DNA of 64,000 nt from Octopus vulgaris (lineage: Eukaryota). The notes under the pieces are model-generated. The model did not search any database and was not told where the DNA came from. It was given only the letters and a program-made list of their open reading frames with translations. A program made the translations under genes and the position numbers. Positions 55,130 through 64,000 of this stretch are shown one piece after another (position 1 is the first letter of the stretch; every line of letters starts with the position of its first letter). The stretch is from the NCBI GenBank assembly GCA_951406725.2, contig OX597837.1:45694001-45758000 (forward strand), in the 5' to 3' direction.

Positions 55130-55290
55130 TATATGTGTGTGTGGATGTCTGTATATGGTACATTTCTGTGTGTATCTGTATATGTGTGAGTGTGTGTGTA
55201 TATATATATATATATACACACACACACTCACACATATACAGATACACACAGAAATGTACCATATACAGACATCCACACACACACACACAT
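55130..55290. repeat. Palindromic duplication centred on (TA)n
   Basis: gtggatgtctgtatatggtacatttctgtgtgtatctgtatatgtgtgagtgtg / cacactcacacatatacagatacacacagaaatgtaccatatacagacatccac. Confidence 0.9.
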
Positions 55291-55426
55291 ATATAAACAC
55301 ACACACATACACAACCATGCGTAAACACCTGTCTGTACACGTGTACACACATATCTTTGCAGTTAAGCATATATATGTGTGTGTGTGTGTGTGTGTATAC
55401 ATATATATGAATATACATGTATATAA

Positions 55427-55485
<59 letters not shown>

Positions 55486-55763
55486 TATATAACACATACA
55501 TGCACAGACACAAACGCATTTGTGTATACACATATAGCTACACATGCACATATTTCTATAAAGTGCAACAATTTCACCAATCAGCATTGAAAATAGTTGC
55601 CATTGTTCTTTGTATTAAGGAACCACACAATGTGCAACTTGCACAAAAAAATGCAGAGACGCCTCAGTGCACCAAGACATAGAACATCTTCATGCTCCAG
55701 TGACAGCAGTATAAGAATTATGCAGTTTTTGGTGCAGCTACTCTGGCTGAATGCACCTGCATT

Positions 55764-55818
<55 letters not shown>

Positions 55819-56126
55819 TCGTTACAGTAGCGACTTACTGAGACACAGATGAACAGAGATACTGATATTGTATGTGTGCATGTGTGTGTGTGTCTGTATG
55901 TGTGTATGTGTCTGCATGTGTGTGTGTGTGTGTGTCTGCATGTGTGCACGTGTTTGTATGTATAGATCTATGCATGCATGTGTTGGACATAGTTTTGGAA
56001 TTCAAGCTATACACAAATACTTACATATATTTTTATATATATATATATAATGTACATAATATACACTCACACACACACATATATATACATATATCCATAC
56101 ATATAAATGTACATAATGCACACAAG

Positions 56127-56174
<48 letters not shown>

Positions 56175-56338
56175 TACACACATTATATGCATATATAGTA
56201 GATATACATACATACACAGACGTATACGTCCTATATCCTCATTCCCAGATACATATAAGTGCACATAATACATATACATATACATGCATGCTCACACTTT
56301 ATATACATCTATATATATATATATATATATATACATAC

Positions 56339-56382
<44 letters not shown>

Positions 56383-57146
56383 GTATGTATATATATAAAA
56401 TGTCTATGTACACTCTGTCATAAATACAACTATATGCATATTCACATGCATTTCATCACACGTAAACACACATACATACATGCACTCACACACACAGATA
56501 CAGACACATATATATACAATAGATAAGGGAGTGAGTGCGTGTTCCGTAACGATACCTATCCTCTTTCCCACCCAGCCGTAACCACCCCATCCACGCCCAC
56601 CTCCCACACTCGCAGACAATCGACAAAGAACTGACGCAACCTTCTTCGCGGAATCTGTTCGCAGCAAAACAATACCTTACAGAAGAGAATTAAGTGCATC
56701 CGAAGTTGTTACGGCTGTTGTTGTTGGTGGTGTTGGTGTTGTTGTCGTTCTTGTTGTTGTTGGTGTCCCTGTTGGTGTTGTTGTTCTTCTTCTTGTGCAT
56801 GTAGGCTTTCTCATGCCTTTTGTCTGTTCGTTAATACCGCCGTAGCGCTTGTTGCAGCCTTCCTACTCAGAGACGCATGTGTGTTGTACATTGTGTGTGC
56901 GTGTGTAGGTGTGCTTGTATACATATATATGTATATGTGTGTAGTTCTATATATGTAGATATATATATATATATAGATATATGTGTGTTGATTTTATATA
57001 CATATATATATGTGTGTGTGTGTGTGTGTATATATATATACATACATATGTACATATATACATACATATATATACACACATATACATATACACATATATA
57101 TATACACACACACATATATACATATACACATACATATACATACATT

Positions 57147-57177
<31 letters not shown>

Positions 57178-57262
57178 GCACATATATAAACATATATATA
57201 GATATATACATACATATAAATATATTCATTCATATACATATATATACATATATACATATATT

Positions 57263-57304
<42 letters not shown>

Positions 57305-59228
57305 CACACATAAATATGTATATTTATACATACATATTCATGTGTGTATGTAAGAATGCACCCACCTAAACTCACTCACACTCACTCAGAATCGCAAACA
57401 CACGCAAATGCACACACAAATACACTGAACATGCAAGTAAGTGCTACTGCATATCGCCACGCACAACCTCTTTGCCTGCATTTTCAAGGTTGGAAACCGA
57501 CTTGGAAAAGTAAAACTGCTTTCACCACCACCACCAATACCACCACCACTACTAACACTATAACATTAATTACAACAATAATGACACTAACAATAATACT
57601 AATAACACTGAGAAAATCAAAAATTAATTTTCCCTCTAATGTCCATGGAGAGTTGGGTCTAACAAATTGATGTTGAAAAGTTGGTTAATAATCATGCACT
57701 TTAAATGTCCTGACACAGTGAACAGCAGAGGGAGACTACGTGATAACTAAAAATGCTAGACATAGCAGCCAAATATTTCTCACATCACACTGTATCATCA
57801 TCATCATCATCATCGTTTAGCGTCCGCTTTCCATGCTAGCATGGGTTGGACGGTTCAACTGGGGTTTGGGAAGCCAGAAGGCTGCACCAGGCTCAGTCTG
57901 ATCTGGCAATGTTTCTACAGCTGGATGCCCTTCCTAACGCCAACCACTCTGTGAGTGTAGTGGGTGCTTTTTACGTGCCACCGGCACAGGAGCCAGATGG
58001 AGCTGGCAAACAGCCACAATCAGATAGTGCTTTTTACGTGCCACCAGCACGGCGGCCAGTCGGGGCCTGTATGTCTTTTCATTAACCCTTTTGGTACCAA
58101 ACTGCCTCAGATCACCCCCTGGTTGCTTGGTACCAAGTTAAAATGATCTAATGTGTAGGTGGGGCTGTGTGCTAAGAGGTTTGCCTCCTAGCCGCATGGT
58201 TCTGCGTTCAGTCCCACTGTGTGACACTTTGGGCCAATGTCTTCTGCTATAGCCTCAAGCCAACCAAAGCTTTGAGAGCGGATCTGGTAGACAGAAACAG
58301 AAAGAAATTCATTGTGTGTGTATGGGTGCATGTGTGTATGTGCATGTCCGTGTGGGCATGCTTGTGTGTATGCATGTGTGTTTGTTTCTGAATCTGTGTT
58401 TGTTCCCCACCACCACTTAAAACCAGTGTTGGTGTGTTTACATCCCAACAACTTAGCGGTTCATCAAAACATGGTAAAAAAAGAGTTGAAGCAGGCTATA
58501 CTAGACAGTGTAATCTTTGAGACACATGCATACACACACACACCACACACACATATTTATATATAAGTGCATGTGTGGCTGTGTGATAAGAAGCTTGCCT
58601 GCCAACCACATGGTTCTGGGTTCATTCTTACTGCATAGCCTGGCCCGGTCAAATCCTCATCACTGGATTTGGAAGACAGAGACTGAAAGAAGCACATCAT
58701 GTGTGTGTGTGTGCTTGTTTTCCCTACCCCCCACCCCACCCAACTGCTTGCAACCATTGTTGGTGTGTTTACGTCCCTGTGACTTAGTTGTTTAGCGAAA
58801 GAGACTCACAGAATATGTACCAGGCTCCAAAAAAAAAAAAGAAACCATAAGTACTGGAGTGGATTTACGTGTTTTCGCTCAATAAACACTCACAATGCCC
58901 GGTCTGGGAATCGAAACCGCAAGTCCGCTGCCCTAACCACCGGGCCATTGCGCCTCCACATATATATATATATATATCTTACATACATACATAATCATCG
59001 TTATCGTTAAATGTCACTTTTCCTTGCTTGCATGAGTCACATGGAATTTGTCCACACAGATTTTCTAGGGTTGGATGCCCTACCTGTCACCAACACTCAG
59101 CTTGTTTCCAAAGGCAACATTCCCTATGACCACATGACCATACATGTATTACACAGAAAATTGAAAATCAAAGACATCTCCCATATGACTGTGATCTTTG
59201 TTTTACAACCACCATGTGATGTCACGAC

Positions 59229-59267
<39 letters not shown>

Positions 59268-59474
59268 AGGGCTTCTCTTAGTTTCCATCTACCAAACACA
59301 CTTACAATGGACAAGGATTTCGTCAGCCAGAGGTTATTGTAGAAGGCACTTGCCAAAAGGTATCACGGAATGGAACTGAACCAGAAACCACGGGGTTGGG
59401 AAAGGAACTTCTTAACCAGACACCTACACTTATTATTACATATATATATACATGCATTTAAGATACAGATATAT

Positions 59475-59540
<66 letters not shown>

Positions 59541-61177
59541 CACCGTGATCACCGTGACCGACCAGGCTATCAGATATTGCTACACATCGCTGGTCACAAT
59601 GTGCTTCACATTGTTTTAGCCTTCAAATGACGCCACCCCGCTGGCTAAGCGAGCAGGCCAATATATATATGTGTGTGTGTGTGTGTATACACATACACAA
59701 ATATACATATACATATATATAGACACATTTATATACATATATACATTTATATACATATATATGTGCACAAATGTACATGCATGTATATCGAGTGTCTATA
59801 CACGCATAGATTTAGTGGAGGTAGGTAGCTAATGCATATTCACTTACTGTCGACAACCAGTATGTATATCCAGCACACACATACACACACACACACACAG
59901 AATATACAGCAGATATCTACCGAGTGTAATAGTGAGTTGCCATGAACATCACTATAACTGCCTAATTACAATCTCTGTTATTATTATACTTAAAGAGCAT
60001 GCCTCAGTGGGCATGTGTGTGCATGCATGTGTGTATGTGTCTGTGTGTATGTGTGTGTGTGTGTATGTGTTTGTGTGTGTGTGTGTGTGTGTGTTTGTGT
60101 GTGTGTGTTTGTGTGTGTGTTTGTGTGTGTGTTTGAGTGTGTGTGTGTGTTTGTATATGTGTTTGAGTGCGTGTGTGTGTGTGTATGTGTTTGTGTGTGT
60201 GTGTTTGAGTGTGTGTATATGTGTTTGTGTGTGCATGTATGTATGCATTTGTGTGTGTTTGTGTATGTATTTGTGTTTGTGTATGTGTTTGAGTGCATGC
60301 GTGTGTGTGTGTATGTGTTTGTGTGTGTGTATGTAGATTCACAGAGATGGAATTATCACCTAATTTACTGCAGATATCTTTGGAACACCGATTCCACATA
60401 TTTACATGAAATATACAGTGTAAAGTCCAGAATGCAGACTCAAAGATGTTGGGTTACATCAACAGCAATTAACACGAGGAGGAGTCTGTAAATTATCTTA
60501 CCAATATTCGACAATGGTAAGGCAGCAAACTGGCAGAATCGTCAGCATGCCAGGCAAAACACTTAGCAATATTTTGTCCGTCTTTACATTCTGAGTTCAA
60601 ATTCCGCTGAGGTCAACTCAGCCGCTCATCCTTTCAGAGTCATTAAAATTAGTACCAGTTGTGCACTGGGGTCGATGTAGTAATCGACTTTGCCCCGTCC
60701 CTGGAATTGCTGACATTGTGCCAAAATGTGAAACCAAGATTCTACAGAGCTCAGACACAAACTGTTAGATTCGTTAGCATGCCAGGCAAAATGCTTCACT
60801 GAATTTCGTCTGTCTTTACATTCTGAGTTCAAATTCTGCTGAGGTCGATTTTGCCTTTCATCCTTTACACTGGTCACAAGTTTATATAGACATAGGAGTG
60901 GCTGTGTAGTAAGTAGCTTGCTTACCAACCACATGGTTCTGGGTTCATTCCCACTGCACATGTGTATATATATATAGCATTCAGATTATTCTGTCAAATA
61001 TAATATTTATTCATCCATATTGTTTTAAGCTAATCATGCATTATTTTGTAGCTTTAAGATTTCAATGATGTTTCAATGACATTATAGGTTGGTGTAAGAT
61101 ACCAAATCTGGGCAGTTTTAACAGAAAACAGGCAGATTATTTGGGCCCGATATGGCCGGTTTAAATGCTAAAGGGTT

Positions 61178-61405
61178 AAACATGGATACATGAGAGAGCG
61201 GGGCATTCCATAATCTAAAAAGATTTTCAGAATTATCAGTTTCAAAGTGAAAATCACAATTTTTGTAATCTTTTTTGTCCAGTTTCTTCTGCCATTGTTC
61301 ATCCGATCGCACTGAAATTCTAAACATGGGTACATGGGAGAGTGGGGCGTTCCGTAATCTAAAAAGATTTTCAAAATTGTCAGCTTGAAAGTGAGAATCG
61401 CTATT
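61178..61405. repeat. Diverged 144-bp tandem duplication, probably Helentron-internal
   Basis: aaacatgg.tacatg.gagag.gggg..ttcc.taatctaaaaagattttca occurs at about 61178 and 61322 and includes ccgatcgcactgaaatt. Confidence 0.7.
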
Positions 61406-61654
61406 TATACTTTTATCCGAAATTACTCTTATGTAATTATGTAAAATAAAATACTTAAAGCAACAGTCGTCAAATACAAAAGCCAAGGTCTATGCAGTGT
61501 CATGGGCCAAAAGAATTTTCAACTCCTTGCCTAATGCAAGCCCAGAGCAATCTCTTATCTCTTACACTAATTCAGTATTACATGTCAAAAGCGAAACAAT
61601 AACATCTCGATTGTAATGTGAAATAATACATTAATTTTGAAAGAAGCCTGTCCT

Positions 61655-61678
61655 ATACATATATATATATATACATAC

Positions 61679-61723
<45 letters not shown>

Positions 61724-62192
61724 CATATATATATACATACTTATATATACATACATACATATATATACATACATACATATATATATATACATACATACAT
61801 ATATATCTATATACATACATACATATCTATATACATACATACATACATACATATATATATACATAAATACATATACATACATACATACATATACATACAT
61901 ACATACATATACATACATACATATACATACATACATACATATACATACATACATACATATACATACATACATATACATACATACATACATATACATACAT
62001 ACATACATACATACATATACATACATACACATACATACATACATATATATATATACATACATACATACATACATATATATACATACATACAAACATATAC
62101 ATACATACATATACATACATATACATACATACATACATACATATACATACATACATATGCATACATACATACATACATATACATACATAAAC

Positions 62193-62241
<49 letters not shown>

Positions 62242-62270
62242 CATATATACACACACACATATATATATAT
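61655..62270. repeat. (ATAC)n/(AT)n microsatellite
   Basis: Directly visible. Confidence 0.95.
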
Positions 62271-62753
62271 ATTCCTTATGCATTCCAAAATTGAGTTACC
62301 GATTTTGATGTATGGTGTATTAAAAGATTCAGAACTATTTCGGCTACAAATTAAACTTAATTTCCATTCACGTATTTGCATTTCAAAAATTTAACATTAC
62401 AATCTTTCCCATAAATCAACTTTCCTAAACATTTTATAAATGTGTGTGGACCTCTTAAGGTACATCATTCATCACAACACACACCTTCATTCACTCACTC
62501 TATCTCTCTTTCTCCCGCTCACACACACACACACACACGCCCATTTCATATACACGTACATACAACTTTCACTTTCTCATCTCCTTCTCTGTCCTTTTCG
62601 CTGTCTCTTCTTCCAATTTCTGCTCTCTTCAGATAAATTTTTAAGGAATGAGTGGGACAAACACAAAATGAGCCACCACAGCAGAATGGAGTGTCAGTGT
62701 ATGTATTGACTGACACAACCAGAGAGCCATGCTTGCTCCTGAGTTTTTATATT

Positions 62754-63170
62754 GTGGCTGTGTGGTAAGAAGCTTGCTTCCCAACCACATGGTTCCAGGT
62801 TCAGTCCCACTGCATGGCATCTTGGGCAAGTGTCTTCTATAGCTTCAGGCCGACCAAAGCCTTGTGAGTGGATTTGGTAGACGGAAACTGAAAGAAGCTC
62901 ATCATATGTATGTATGTATGTATGTGTGTGTATGTGTTTGCATGCATGCATGCATGTATGTATTTGTGTGTGTGTGTGTTTGTATGATTTTGTCCTCCAC
63001 TGCCATTGCTTGACAGCCAATGCTGGTGTGTATAAGTCCCCATAACTTGGCAGTTCAGCAAATGAGACCGATAAAATAAGTACTAGGATTACAAAGGATA
63101 AGGCCTGGGGTTGATTACTTCAACTAAAACCCTTTAAGGCAGTGTTCCAGCATGGCCACAGACAAATGAG
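62754..63170 (+). mobile_element. SINE family A, near full length
   Basis: Colinear with 109-522. Confidence 0.88.
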
Positions 63171-63184
63171 TAACATATATATAT

Positions 63185-63335
63185 AGGGAGAGTTTACGAA
63201 AGAAACAAAAGACGAAGACAGGTGGTGTACAAAACAAACAGATGTATTAGTATAACGCTCAGGAATAGAAAAAGCCTTTTACGTTTCGAGCCTACGCTCT
63301 TCCACAGAAAGGGACACAGAAAAAACAAGGAGAGG
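63185..63335 (-). mobile_element. Penelope-like terminal fragment with hammerhead-like motif (63275-63312)
   Basis: The minus strand reads ccttt-CTGTGGA-a-GAGCgtagGCTC-GAAACGTA-aaagg, the same family as 8437-8628. Confidence 0.65.
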
Positions 63336-64000
63336 CGACTAATGTGGCCCAAAAAGCAATCATTCTCCTCTGTAAGGTGTTTGATGTTAGGAAGGGCATC
63401 CAGCTGTAAAACCCCTTCCAAAACATCCAGTGAAGATCGATGCAGTCTTCTGGCTTGCCAGCTCCTGTCAACCCATCCGACCCATGCCAGCATGGAAAGT
63501 GGAATGTTAAATAACGATAACGATGATAGTGGTGGTATCAATCTGTCTCTTCGGTAACACTTTGAAAGCAGATAAGATACGTTTCCTCAGAATCTCAAAG
63601 ATAAACACTGTTTTATGTCATAGAAAAGTCTTGTAATGTTGATGTAATTATATTAATTTGACGGCAGAAATAAACTCATCACAATAATGTTTGTCTGCAG
63701 TGTCTCTTTTGATTGTCACTGATGATAAATAAACTTTGAAGGGAAGCGGGGGGGAAAAAGAGATGAAAGAGATAAGGGATTGTCACTTCACAGTAAGAGA
63801 AATACTTATTTTAAAAGGGTTTATTGATAATTAGATAAATATGATGATAAAAATGCTTTGATTTTGATTTTTTTTTTTTCAACATAAATATTATGGCATC
63901 TGATGTTTTGTTCATTTCTCTTTTCTTTCCTTCATAATTTGGTCATTTTCCAAAACTGATTTAAGAAAAAAAAAAAAAAGCACATAGGTGCAGGTGTGGC

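Overview
AT-rich eukaryotic (animal) genomic DNA dominated by microsatellites and transposon relics. The SINE families look like those of octopus/coleoid cephalopods, but that assignment is from recall and is unverified. Nearly all ORFs in the supplied track are microsatellite or SINE artefacts. The only recognisable host-gene sequence is two canonical, in-frame minus-strand exons of INTS13/asunder (16938-17028 and 15615-15743), and I could not find the neighbouring exons in the window. The rest comprises several tRNA-derived SINE families, decayed LINEs (R4/Dong, RTE, CR1-group, Tx1/L1-like), three Tc1/mariner relics, TTAA (piggyBac-type) and hAT-type MITEs and Helitron/Helentron-like pieces. 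The most striking unexplained structure is a recurring set of short elements from several unrelated sequence families, mostly fold-back (palindromic), that carry minimal type I hammerhead-ribozyme-like cores of the kind known from Penelope-like elements. One of them appears to be a tRNA-headed SINE ending in an intact-looking hammerhead (38365-38410). Most repeat boundaries are approximate.
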